DNA of 64,000 bases, taken from IMG/VR virus record IMGVR_UViG_3300045988_174111, positions 40,621 through 104,620 of that record. One strand, written 5' to 3'. This document shows positions 52,547 to 61,483 of the stretch, in pieces; the first letter of the stretch is position 1; every line of letters starts with the position of its first letter. The notes beneath the pieces were generated by a model. The model was not told the origin of the DNA. It made no database searches and saw nothing but the letters and a program-made list of their open reading frames with translations. The stretch is from a virus. The translations under genes were made by a program, and so were the position numbers.

Positions 52547-53107
52547 TTACTCTTTAGTAACTTTAATCAAAAAATCAATAATTTCTGCTTTTGTCTTGTC
52601 AGCCACTGAAGTCATGTCTACACCGCTGTCCTGGCCAAAAGCAATCAGCTCATCCTTTTTCATGGATGAAAATTCCTTTCTGAGTTTTTCATCTTCACCT
52701 TCTTCCATTACAGGGGTTTCTTCGGCAGGCTTCAAAACTTCAGGATTTGACATGCTCTCCGCAAGTTTCATGCGAGCTTCCCGTTCCTTTTCGTACTCCG
52801 CCTTCCAATTTGAAACTTCCTGAGTCAATTCATCAATCTTCTTTTTATAGGAAGTAGAAATATTTGTCAGCCGAGCAATTTCTTTCTGGTACCATTCTTC
52901 TTTGTCCTTAAAATCAGACTTCATCTGTACCTCTTTTGGCGTATGAAAAGCTGGCTGTTTACCATTCTCATACACATCAGGAATTCCGAGCTTTAAGATT
53001 TCCTTTCCAAAGCTGTCATCAACATCTGCAACACAATTTACGAACTTTACTTGTTTCCCATTATAATTAATGGTTTTATTTCCTGCTTTTCGATTAAATA
53101 ACTTCAT
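52547..53107 (-). CDS. Hypothetical coiled-coil acidic protein
   Basis: 186-aa ORF, the first gene after the capsid terminator. Confidence 0.5.
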   Translation of the reverse strand: MKLFNRKAGNKTINYNGKQVKFVNCVADVDDSFGKEILKLGIPDVYENGKQPAFHTPKEVQMKSDFKDKEEWYQKEIARLTNISTSYKKKIDELTQEVSNWKAEYEKEREARMKLAESMSNPEVLKPAEETPVMEEGEDEKLRKEFSSMKKDELIAFGQDSGVDMTSVADKTKAEIIDFLIKVTKE

Positions 53108-53138
53108 GATGATAATTCTTTTTAATTAAATAAAAATA

Positions 53139-53163
53139 GGGATGGGATACATTACCCCATCCC
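53139..53163 (-). terminator. Rho-independent terminator after the capsid gene
   Basis: 8-bp G/C-rich stem gggatggg/cccatccc. On the minus strand it is followed by TATTTTTATTT. It lies 28 nt after the stop at 53191. Confidence 0.65.
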
Positions 53164-53190
53164 CATCAATCAAACGTACAACAAACGGCA

Positions 53191-54708
53191 TTAAGCAGTC
53201 GGAAGGCCAATCTTACCAATATTGATGATTCGAGCAATCTTTCCTGGCATATATTCAACAGGAGTTCCGTAATTCAAGACAGAGAATGAACGTCTCGGAC
53301 CAACAATCGCATAGTCAAGCTTCATTGTTCCACCCAGTTCAAGGTATTCCATCATTTCGCTTCCATTGAAATATACGAGAGCGGATTTTGTACCAGCAAT
53401 CCAACGGTTTCTATCGTGAACTTCTCCAGCACCTGCACCATCCCATCCAGCAGCCAATTCTGTTTTGGAAACTTCAAAAATAGGATAGAAATCAGCCGTA
53501 TTCTTGTCAACAGGGTCTTTTTCTGTACGATAAATGACGTAACAAGTTTCCGGATACGGGGAAGAAACTGCACCAGTGAATTTCAAAGTCACTGACTGTG
53601 CAACCCCAACGGCCTGTTCACTATCATTCATCAATACAGGCTCTGATTCTCCATAACGGTTCTTTGCAGTAATTGCATAGAAATAATTTCCGGCATGAAC
53701 AGAACCAAATGCGCCCTTGGTGTCAGTAGCAACTTGTACAGGGGTCGAAGAATCTCGAACAGGGGCATTCGGAGCCTTGTCGGAAGTTTTACCGCGACCC
53801 AACTTAATTGGCTGCGCAAAGTCGAAATACTTATCTGCGCGAATATTCACTTTTCCAAACTGGGTAGTGATATCGTTCACTGACTGACCCATTGTTGCAC
53901 CAACAACTCCGCCAGCCATTCCAACAATCACACGTTTTGATTCGTGGAATAACTTAACATAATTGTTGAACACAACCGGAGAAGAAACAATACGGTCGAT
54001 AACACCATTTCGGTCATTGACAACCGCCTGAGCAGCATCTTCAATCAAGGCATCGTTCAATACTGAACCATTTGCATTCAATACTGCAATGTCCCCAAAA
54101 TAAGCGTCCAAAATTTGTTCAGATGTCTTACCTACAAGACCACCAGTGATGTCATTGATTCCGGAAATATGCTGAGCAAAAACACCATCGAATTCTTCTG
54201 GAACCTTGTTTGAATCAGCGTCAATCACCTTCTTGTCAAGAATAGTCTGAAGCAAAATTGTCTTGTTTTCAACTTCCTTCGTGTACAAAGAGCCAACGAC
54301 AGTCTTAACAATCATTCCCGGATGAGTAACCTGACCAGAAACACCTGTAAATTTCACGACGATTGACTTCCGACGATATACAGAATCAGTTTCGGTAGGA
54401 GTTTCACCTTCTTGGTTGAAAATACCAACTTCTTGACCGTATTTATAAAGCTGATTATACTGATGAACAGTATTATCAATTTTCTGTCGGTTCAATTCAT
54501 TCCAAAATACCAACTGGTCCAAACGGTTTTCAAGGTTTTTCAATACAGAATCCAATGATTCCGGCTTCAGGCCACCACCATTATTCAATTGGTTGTCGTA
54601 CTGCATACCAGTCAACAGACCTGCTTCCATTGCCTTCAAAATTTCTTCAGAAGACATACTTTCCAACGGATTTGTTGCTTCCGTTCCTGAATAGTTGTAT
54701 AAATCCAT
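53191..54708 (-). CDS. Major capsid protein
   Basis: 505-aa ORF directly after the protease and scaffold genes and followed by a strong terminator. The call rests on position and expression logic, not on a motif. Confidence 0.6.
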   Translation of the reverse strand: MDLYNYSGTEATNPLESMSSEEILKAMEAGLLTGMQYDNQLNNGGGLKPESLDSVLKNLENRLDQLVFWNELNRQKIDNTVHQYNQLYKYGQEVGIFNQEGETPTETDSVYRRKSIVVKFTGVSGQVTHPGMIVKTVVGSLYTKEVENKTILLQTILDKKVIDADSNKVPEEFDGVFAQHISGINDITGGLVGKTSEQILDAYFGDIAVLNANGSVLNDALIEDAAQAVVNDRNGVIDRIVSSPVVFNNYVKLFHESKRVIVGMAGGVVGATMGQSVNDITTQFGKVNIRADKYFDFAQPIKLGRGKTSDKAPNAPVRDSSTPVQVATDTKGAFGSVHAGNYFYAITAKNRYGESEPVLMNDSEQAVGVAQSVTLKFTGAVSSPYPETCYVIYRTEKDPVDKNTADFYPIFEVSKTELAAGWDGAGAGEVHDRNRWIAGTKSALVYFNGSEMMEYLELGGTMKLDYAIVGPRRSFSVLNYGTPVEYMPGKIARIINIGKIGLPTA

Positions 54709-54738
54709 TTTTTAAAAATTTTTATAATTCAACAAACT

Positions 54739-55470
54739 TTATTTTACAAGACGAATGTTCTTCTTGCCGTACAAATACATTGCAGCCTCCTTACTTACTT
54801 CACCACAAATAGGGTCAATCATGTAAGCATTTGTGCCTTCTCTTAAAGATTTCTGAAGTTCGGGGTCGGTTTCTTCGCTAATTGATTTTGCAATCAATTC
54901 TCGAACAATCGAACGGTCTTTTGTGACGCTCAATACAGTTTTATTTTCCGAATCCTTCACTCCACCGCCAGTTTCAAGACTTTTTTCGATAATTGCTTTA
55001 CTCAAGTTTTGACTCTTGAACTTTGGAGCTTGGTCGCCTAAAACAATAATCGCCTGACGCATACCGTCCAAAGATTTTTCAATCTTGTCAACAATTGGCT
55101 GCATAGCACCTTCTACGATAGCAGGAAGAGATTTCAGGATGTCGTCCTGTTTTTCCTTCATTCCTTCAAGAACACGGTTTTCAATACTCTTGACAATTTC
55201 AGAAGTAATTGATTTTGCCAAATCGTCTTTTTCTTTGTCTCCACAACCCTTTTCGACATTATCAGGGTCTTCTTTGTCCCCCTTTTTGTCGGGGTCTTTC
55301 TTACCACCTTCTTCATCGGGGTCTTCTTCATCGGGGTCTTCTTTAGAAACAGACTTCTCAAAAGTGATAGCACCTGTTTCAATCCATCCTAAAATTACTT
55401 CTTCAGAAAACCCACTACCAAGCAATGATTTTACAAGCTCGTCATTCTTTTGTTCTTCTGTCAAAAACAT
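54739..55470 (-). CDS. Scaffolding protein
   Basis: 243-aa, highly acidic and helical protein (DPDEEDPDEEGGKKDPDKKGDKEDPD) between the protease and capsid genes. Confidence 0.55.
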   Translation of the reverse strand: MFLTEEQKNDELVKSLLGSGFSEEVILGWIETGAITFEKSVSKEDPDEEDPDEEGGKKDPDKKGDKEDPDNVEKGCGDKEKDDLAKSITSEIVKSIENRVLEGMKEKQDDILKSLPAIVEGAMQPIVDKIEKSLDGMRQAIIVLGDQAPKFKSQNLSKAIIEKSLETGGGVKDSENKTVLSVTKDRSIVRELIAKSISEETDPELQKSLREGTNAYMIDPICGEVSKEAAMYLYGKKNIRLVK

Positions 55471-55531
55471 AATTCCTAAACTTTTTTCGGGTTAAAAATA
55501 TTATAAAATTTCTTTTCTATAAAATGATTAA

Positions 55532-56221
55532 TCAATTTTCTTGAATGATTCGAAACTTAGAATCTATTACAATTCTTTTATTTCCAATCATTTGTTCAAA
55601 CACAATTCCATTTTTCCTATTCGAAGAAATACCCCCGTCTATCGGTATAAAATCTTGAACTTGAACCCCCTTAACAAAATCAATATATGAATTGAAATTT
55701 ACAGGGGTGAACGTCAGCGCAATATTATTAATAATTGCTTTGGTAATATGCTTTTCGTTTTTAGGGTCTCGCTCCAAGGCTCTACCTTCAATAGACATTC
55801 CAGGCTTCCGTGTGGAACCGCTTTCACGCATTTCAATACATTTGTCCCAAAAGGCTCTGGCCTCCGGTGATTCGCTCCAAAGTTTACCTTTTACCCAGAA
55901 TTTATTGTCAACAATTTTCCCGTCCAAAGGCTCCCCAATCCAAAACTTACTTTTCAATTCCTTAGAACGAACTGTCAGGTGGTCAAGGTTAAATAAACCA
56001 TGCTTGAGAAAATAATCTATTTCAAAACCATTTGGCTCCATAGAGTCACCTTGGTAGTCCTTGCTATTATCGCTGGCGATTCCCTCAAATATCATATTCT
56101 CATAGCGACGTTCATCGCCACGGGGGTATGCGCAAACTTCCGATTTTTGAAAATCAATAGGAAGCCAAAAATTAAAATCATTTGAGGTCTTCTTTTCCAT
56201 AAACTTATAAATTTGTGACAA
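55532..56221 (-). CDS. Prohead serine protease (HK97/S78-like)
   Basis: FEGIASDNSKDYQGDSMEPNGFEIDYFLKHGLFNLDH resembles the N-terminal S78 motif (EGyAs.f...D..Gd.i....F......g.....H). Sits upstream of the scaffold and capsid genes. Confidence 0.6.
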   Translation of the reverse strand: MSQIYKFMEKKTSNDFNFWLPIDFQKSEVCAYPRGDERRYENMIFEGIASDNSKDYQGDSMEPNGFEIDYFLKHGLFNLDHLTVRSKELKSKFWIGEPLDGKIVDNKFWVKGKLWSESPEARAFWDKCIEMRESGSTRKPGMSIEGRALERDPKNEKHITKAIINNIALTFTPVNFNSYIDFVKGVQVQDFIPIDGGISSNRKNGIVFEQMIGNKRIVIDSKFRIIQEN

Positions 56222-56235
56222 ATTTACAAATCATT

Positions 56236-57570
56236 TTAATTCGATACAAATATCGGGTCTCCAACATAATCGGTTCCATGTTCATTTGCTGCCATAAATT
56301 CCTCATGAGGCGTCCGGACTTTCATTGGCCCAACCATTAAAGAATATTTCATTTCTTCGAGAAGATGTAACATATCTGAATCGTCACCTGTGTACACAAT
56401 CTCAAATTCTGTAAGACGGTTCGAAGACGGGTCGGAACTGTATCTTGTATCATGAATAACTAAAGGCTTCGTGAACTGAACATGCCCGTGCTCCCCAACA
56501 GTAGCTTCTTCTTGACCATTTAGCCCCTTAAAAATTGTTTCAAGACTTTTATTTGGGTCTCGCACAGGAATAACCAATTTCCTCTTATACTTATCCGATA
56601 TCTCCGCAACATTCTTTTCAGCTCCATCCATTGATTCAGGCTCAAGCGGCTTCACTGCTTCGATATCCATTGCCTTCTTCAGAATAGAAGTAAGACTAGG
56701 AACAAACACATCCTCAGAAATTCGACCTTCGTATAAAGCTTTCAGCAAAGGCTTCACTTCATCAATATTCGTTGGTTTGGCAAGCATTTCTAAGACAATC
56801 TTACCTTGCTCAAAGATAAAAGGCTTTAGCGGAATCTGACCTATCTCAATAAATTCTGCAAAACAATGTTCCGAAGCGTCAACTGTGACAGGCCGTGAAC
56901 TGTCAACATAAACCTGAAAATATTTTATATGGGCGTCAGCATTCTTGAACTCTCCCAAATATGTAACACCTTTGTCCGGCAACGGGTCAAGATTCGTTTC
57001 TTCTTTCAGTTCCCTAAGAGCAGCCGTCTCAAAGTCCTCTCCTGGGTCAACATGCCCTCCTGGAATACAAACCTTACCAGTAGGTAGGAAATCTTCTACA
57101 CGATGTAATATGAGAATCCTTCCTTCCTTGTCAAACACAATTACATCAGCGTATTTTATTGGCTCCCCAGTAATTGATTTCACGATTTCAAAATACATGC
57201 TCTTCATCAATCGGCCTTCTTTATAAGCCCTTTCGGCTTCGAAAAGAGTATCAATATTTTTGCAAATATCCCCAATTTCAGAATCCTTTCGATATTCTTC
57301 CATTGATTTCAATATCTTTTCGCGTTCATTGACAGCGGATGCGACTTCTTTCTGATGCACCTCAAGGAATTTTCTATATTTTTGAAAAACTTCGGTTTTC
57401 TTTTCCTCGGGCAAATAATCAACCTCATCAATGATTGATTTCTGAATTGAAAACTTATCGGACAATTCTTGCCCTAAATTTTCTAATTTTGACAGCCGCC
57501 CTCTCAATTTTTTATAATCTTCAACCTTTTCTTCGGTTGTCTTAATTCCTAAAAATTTCTTCAGATTCAT
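56236..57570 (-). CDS. Nudix-hydrolase-domain protein embedded in the head module
   Basis: Nudix box GGHVDPGEDFETAALRELKEETNL (G-x5-E-x7-RE-U-x-EE-x-[G->N]-U). It has an N-terminal coiled coil and an unassigned C-terminal domain of about 170 aa. Confidence 0.75.
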   Translation of the reverse strand: MNLKKFLGIKTTEEKVEDYKKLRGRLSKLENLGQELSDKFSIQKSIIDEVDYLPEEKKTEVFQKYRKFLEVHQKEVASAVNEREKILKSMEEYRKDSEIGDICKNIDTLFEAERAYKEGRLMKSMYFEIVKSITGEPIKYADVIVFDKEGRILILHRVEDFLPTGKVCIPGGHVDPGEDFETAALRELKEETNLDPLPDKGVTYLGEFKNADAHIKYFQVYVDSSRPVTVDASEHCFAEFIEIGQIPLKPFIFEQGKIVLEMLAKPTNIDEVKPLLKALYEGRISEDVFVPSLTSILKKAMDIEAVKPLEPESMDGAEKNVAEISDKYKRKLVIPVRDPNKSLETIFKGLNGQEEATVGEHGHVQFTKPLVIHDTRYSSDPSSNRLTEFEIVYTGDDSDMLHLLEEMKYSLMVGPMKVRTPHEEFMAANEHGTDYVGDPIFVSN

Positions 57571-57581
57571 AACATTATTTT

Positions 57582-59591
57582 TTAAACTAAATACTCTTTA
57601 TTTCCAATTGTTATCTTAGCTTTACTCTTTCGAGCCACTTTTCTTTCATAATCTTTAGGAGGCTCGAATTGACGTGTGTCAGGGTTCCATGAATAGCCTT
57701 TTGGTAGAGACCTTAAATCGCATCGACAATTATGAACAACTACTCCATCAGCAATATAACTTTCATCTTCTTCAACGGCAAAATTAAATAAATATTTCGA
57801 AAATAATTCTACTCTTTCAATTTTGGTTATCTTGGCTTCTAATCCATGAAATTTTCCTGAATGATTCTTAAACAAAAGTTTTAATTTTGCATACACTTCT
57901 TTTCCATTTTCACGAATTTCTGTTTCTGAAAATCTAAAAGTTTCAAAACCATACTCACGTTTCAAATCGCAATCACGAGTAGCATCGTATTCCTTCTTAT
58001 TTCTATGCCACTTTTCGCCGTCAGCTTCCAAAATAATATTGAATTTTGGAATAAAAATATCTGGGAAATATCCCCGAACATTATTTTCAAACTTTCCATT
58101 ATTAGGGATAAACTTCCCAAGTTCAAATTCAATTCCAATTCTTTTTAAGAAATATGAAAGTTTTTTCTCTATAAAAGTTCTCCCCTTACCATTTGTCGAG
58201 TTTGACTTACTCCTGCTTTCTAATAACCATCCGTATCCCTCAGAATGGTTTTCTTTAACTTTCTTTCGAGCATTTAATGTCAATTTCCGCTTATCTTCTT
58301 TTGACATCTTTTTATATCTATCCTTCATTTGCTTTGAAGCGCATTTTGAATTATACTCCCTTATCCAAGGATATTTTTCAAACTGTTCTTTAGCTGAAAT
58401 GCTATTTGTACAAGAGCCACAAATATCAAGATTGTAATTCTTAATAGGGAGAACTTGAATCAATTTTCCACAGGATTCACACTCTACTCCCTTTATTTCA
58501 AATTTATCCCCAACCTTAGCATATTGAATTTCTTTCCACTCTCCATTCAATAGTACTGGGTGATTTCCAGTAATCCTCTTTAGTACTTTTGTCGTTCTTT
58601 TTCCATACCGTGTTAAAACTTCAAACTCAACATTATAAATTTCCTCACTTCCAGAAACTTCCCTTTTATAAGTTTTCAAAACTTTCCGGAACCTATTCTT
58701 ATGGGTAAGAACCAAATCCCCGTATCTAATTTCGGAAATATTTTTCCACCCTTCAATGGTGAAAATCTTTGTTGATGGGGAGTTAAAACAAAACGGGTGT
58801 ACAGGGTGAATCGTAGCTTTCCAATCCTTGGACTTTACTCCATAATTTGTACCGTTCGCCATCAATTCTGACATGTGAAAAACCTTTGGTTCACTACCCA
58901 CCCCACCTTTTAAGTGTAGCCGTATGCAATGACGACAGGCTCCAGGAAAGACATCGAAGTAAACCAACGGGTCGGGGTCTTCTTCCATCATGATTTCGGC
59001 TCTTCCGAGATTATATATATCCTGGCTTTCAGTTTCAACAATTCTCCCCCAGTCCCTTTGCCAATCATTCATCTGATTTGCAAGGTTAGAAGCAATCTTC
59101 TTGACAGAACGTTTCTCGAACACGCCTTCAAGAAATTCCTTTCTAAGAGTTTCATCGGCCTTTGCTTGCTCTTGCGCCTGTAAATAACTAAGCTCTTCGG
59201 CGGAAATCGATGCTCTAACATCATTCTTAATACGGTCTGCAAAACCTTTTATATGAATATAAGTCTTATTTGCGGCCACTTTATAAAATGCCATTTCCCT
59301 CGCTGTTGGCTCAAATAAGCCCATTTTAGAAAGAAACTTAGCAAACTCGGAGTAAGTCATCTGAGAAGTTGCTTTTGTCCCAATAGCAGCGGAAACACGA
59401 CCAAAAAGAAACGCTTGATAATGGGAAGGGAATTTAGGAATCAGTTTCACCAAGTCAACCCCTTTCTTCTTCAGGAGCGCAAGGTCTTCAGTTGTTAGGT
59501 AGTCTTTCCCCAACACTTGTGCAACCATCTTCACTACTGCGAGGTCGATGTTTGTCAAAATCTTCTTTATTTCATCTTCCGTGAATAACAT
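57582..59591 (-). CDS. MuF/SPP1-gp7-like head morphogenesis protein interrupted by an intein
   Basis: The exteins give ...FPGACRHCIRL...ATIHPVHPF|CRCDLRSLP, which is the MuF CxxC ... HPxCRC signature. The gene follows the portal gene. Confidence 0.8.
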   Translation of the reverse strand: MLFTEDEIKKILTNIDLAVVKMVAQVLGKDYLTTEDLALLKKKGVDLVKLIPKFPSHYQAFLFGRVSAAIGTKATSQMTYSEFAKFLSKMGLFEPTAREMAFYKVAANKTYIHIKGFADRIKNDVRASISAEELSYLQAQEQAKADETLRKEFLEGVFEKRSVKKIASNLANQMNDWQRDWGRIVETESQDIYNLGRAEIMMEEDPDPLVYFDVFPGACRHCIRLHLKGGVGSEPKVFHMSELMANGTNYGVKSKDWKATIHPVHPFCFNSPSTKIFTIEGWKNISEIRYGDLVLTHKNRFRKVLKTYKREVSGSEEIYNVEFEVLTRYGKRTTKVLKRITGNHPVLLNGEWKEIQYAKVGDKFEIKGVECESCGKLIQVLPIKNYNLDICGSCTNSISAKEQFEKYPWIREYNSKCASKQMKDRYKKMSKEDKRKLTLNARKKVKENHSEGYGWLLESRSKSNSTNGKGRTFIEKKLSYFLKRIGIEFELGKFIPNNGKFENNVRGYFPDIFIPKFNIILEADGEKWHRNKKEYDATRDCDLKREYGFETFRFSETEIRENGKEVYAKLKLLFKNHSGKFHGLEAKITKIERVELFSKYLFNFAVEEDESYIADGVVVHNCRCDLRSLPKGYSWNPDTRQFEPPKDYERKVARKSKAKITIGNKEYLV
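57729..58790 (-). mobile_element. Intein (354 aa) carrying a Vsr/DUF559-like PD-(D/E)XK endonuclease plus a zinc ribbon
   Basis: Block A CFNSPSTKIFTIEGWKNISEI. Block B ITGNHPVLL. Blocks F/G YLFNFAVEEDESYIADGVVVHN, with Cys at +1. The insert holds CESCGK...CGSC and YFPDIFIPKFNIILEADGEKWH...YDATRDCDLKREYGFETFRFSETEI, which matches the DUF559 pattern DF..p....iE.DG..H...D..Rd..l...G....Rf. Codons checked: aca at 58788-58790, att at 57729-57731, aca at 57726-57728. Confidence 0.85.
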
Positions 59592-59755
59592 TATCTTTTC
59601 TTCTTTTGTATTTCAACCATAGTTTCAACTATATCTCCAAAAAGTTTTACAGAACTAAACGAATTCTTTCCATCGTCTTCGTACTGTTTTTGAACTTTAG
59701 GAAACCTCATTGGGTCAACATGATGATGAATCTTATTTACAGTTAGCTTCTTCAT
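59591..59755 (-). CDS. Small ORF (54 aa) translationally coupled between the portal and MuF-like genes
   Basis: Below the track cutoff. MKKLTVNKIHHHVDPMRFPKVQKQYEDDGKNSFSSVKLFGDIVETMVEIQKKKR. Its ATG overlaps the portal TGA (ATGA), and its TAA overlaps the next ATG (TAATG). It fills the whole gap. Confidence 0.5.
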   Translation of the reverse strand: MKKLTVNKIHHHVDPMRFPKVQKQYEDDGKNSFSSVKLFGDIVETMVEIQKKKR

Positions 59756-61482
59756 TTCTTAATTCCAAGTTGCTTGTCTATGTACTCTAAAGCTTTTCCA
59801 AGAATTGGGTTACTCTTAGATTTCTCTAACAGCATTGATTGAATGGCTTCATCGGCCGTCTGGGGGGAACCTTCTTCTTCGTCAACAATATTGTTCATAT
59901 CTTCACCACCCATCATCTTATTGGTTTGAATTGTTTGGTAAACTGAATTCAATATCGTATCCTTTTCAGGGTCGAACTTTCGAGCAGAATATTTATAGAA
60001 CATATCTTCCAAAGATACAAAACCAGCCTCAATTTTCTTTTTATCCAATTCAACTTGTGCGGCTTCATCCTCTATTTCAATGCCTGTAAATACAAGCTCA
60101 AGCCTATCATCAATTTCACTGATAATATATTTGTTCAAAATATTTTGATAAAATATCAACAGTGGAACGAGGCCTTTCTGTCGCGAATGGTCAAGTCTTT
60201 CCTTTTGCCCATCCTGGCCAAAAACGTGAGCCGCATCTTGGAATTGAAATCCTAACTCAGACGGGTCCATACGATACACTGCGCACGCAATTACCAATAG
60301 GAATTTTATCCATTCGGTGAACTCCATGTCGCGATTGGTCTGCTGTAAATCAATCCATTCAAGGTCAATTCCTTGAATCACGGGAATTTTGTGAGAATTG
60401 TAAACGGTACTCATCGTCTGTTTCCAATCTTGGCGAAACTCATTCAAAGTTCCTTGGTCAATATTCCCATTCTTTACATTAATAAACCCTTTCGGCTGGC
60501 TACCTTGTTTGAAGAAATTTCCATTGTATTGCATACCCCAAAGTATCCATGTAACAATCTCAATAAGCGTCTCAAGCTCAGAACAGCCATAGCCATTACG
60601 CATAACATTTGTAGACTTATTTCGAATTCCGTACCCCAATTCCCATGGATAAAATACAACATATTCATCGCTTACAGGGTGGCGAATAATCTGACCGTCC
60701 CAAACCATTGCATAACGGGGCAAATATCCATGCCATCTGAAATTCTCAAACATCTGACTATAACGGGGGTCATTTGTGTCAAGCTGTCTAATTAAAGCGG
60801 CATCTACGGCACGATACTTTTTCAGGCTCATATCTCTTGAACGAACTACTTCGAATGCCATCTGGTCAAGAACTAAGGAATCTCGCAAAACCTTTCTAGT
60901 AAATTCCTGGAAATTATCTTCACATTCCCATTTTTCATTTTCGCCACCTTCTTCAAGAAATTTAACAATGTATTCAACTATCTTCTTATCTTTTGCGGAC
61001 AGTTCCTTCTCTTCGTCTCCTTTAATTCCAAAACCTTTCTTATATCGAATTTGATATCCAGGCTTTTGGTCGTCAACGCTGTATTTTAAGAAGTTTTGAA
61101 CTTGCTCAATCCTCGTATTTATAATGGCTTTCACAATAAAAATTTCCCCCATTCGATTTAGGGTTCCAAAAGAAATCCCATTATTTGGGTCACGATACCC
61201 TTTTCCATTAAATCCAATTTCAGATGGATTCCACAAAATGGATTTGATTTCAGGCTGAAAAGATGTCTTTGAATTTTTATTCTGGGAAATAAAAGCTTGC
61301 GCCTTAATAACTTCTTCAAAAGATTCTGATGCCAACGCATTAGACAGCTTATTGTTCAAGGCCAAAGGGATAGACTTCGATAAAACATCAAGCTCTTCAA
61401 AAGAAAGCTTGTCTAAAATATTCATGGGGGAAACATTTGAATCCCCCATTTTTCTATTTCTATTTTTCCCTTTTCTTGACAT
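59752..61482 (-). CDS. Portal protein
   Basis: A protein of about 576 aa immediately upstream of the MuF-like, protease, scaffold and capsid genes. I moved the start to MSRKGKNRN (ATG at 61480-61482), just after the upstream TGA. The call rests on position and size. Confidence 0.6.
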   Translation of the reverse strand: MSRKGKNRNRKMGDSNVSPMNILDKLSFEELDVLSKSIPLALNNKLSNALASESFEEVIKAQAFISQNKNSKTSFQPEIKSILWNPSEIGFNGKGYRDPNNGISFGTLNRMGEIFIVKAIINTRIEQVQNFLKYSVDDQKPGYQIRYKKGFGIKGDEEKELSAKDKKIVEYIVKFLEEGGENEKWECEDNFQEFTRKVLRDSLVLDQMAFEVVRSRDMSLKKYRAVDAALIRQLDTNDPRYSQMFENFRWHGYLPRYAMVWDGQIIRHPVSDEYVVFYPWELGYGIRNKSTNVMRNGYGCSELETLIEIVTWILWGMQYNGNFFKQGSQPKGFINVKNGNIDQGTLNEFRQDWKQTMSTVYNSHKIPVIQGIDLEWIDLQQTNRDMEFTEWIKFLLVIACAVYRMDPSELGFQFQDAAHVFGQDGQKERLDHSRQKGLVPLLIFYQNILNKYIISEIDDRLELVFTGIEIEDEAAQVELDKKKIEAGFVSLEDMFYKYSARKFDPEKDTILNSVYQTIQTNKMMGGEDMNNIVDEEEGSPQTADEAIQSMLLEKSKSNPILGKALEYIDKQLGIKK

Positions 61483-61483
61483 A

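Noticed and set aside
12298-61340. Same-strand ORFs nested out of frame inside larger genes: 12298-12483, 22902-23126, 24445-24783, 26877-27074, 28191-28400, 34159-34383, 36901-37086, 41942-42184, 53352-53573, 53631-53819, 55158-55382, 60474-60668 and 61158-61340.
   Set aside because: Each lies entirely within a longer ORF that has recognisable motifs or a clear place in the synteny. None has its own promoter or start context, and their compositions look like frame-shifted noise.
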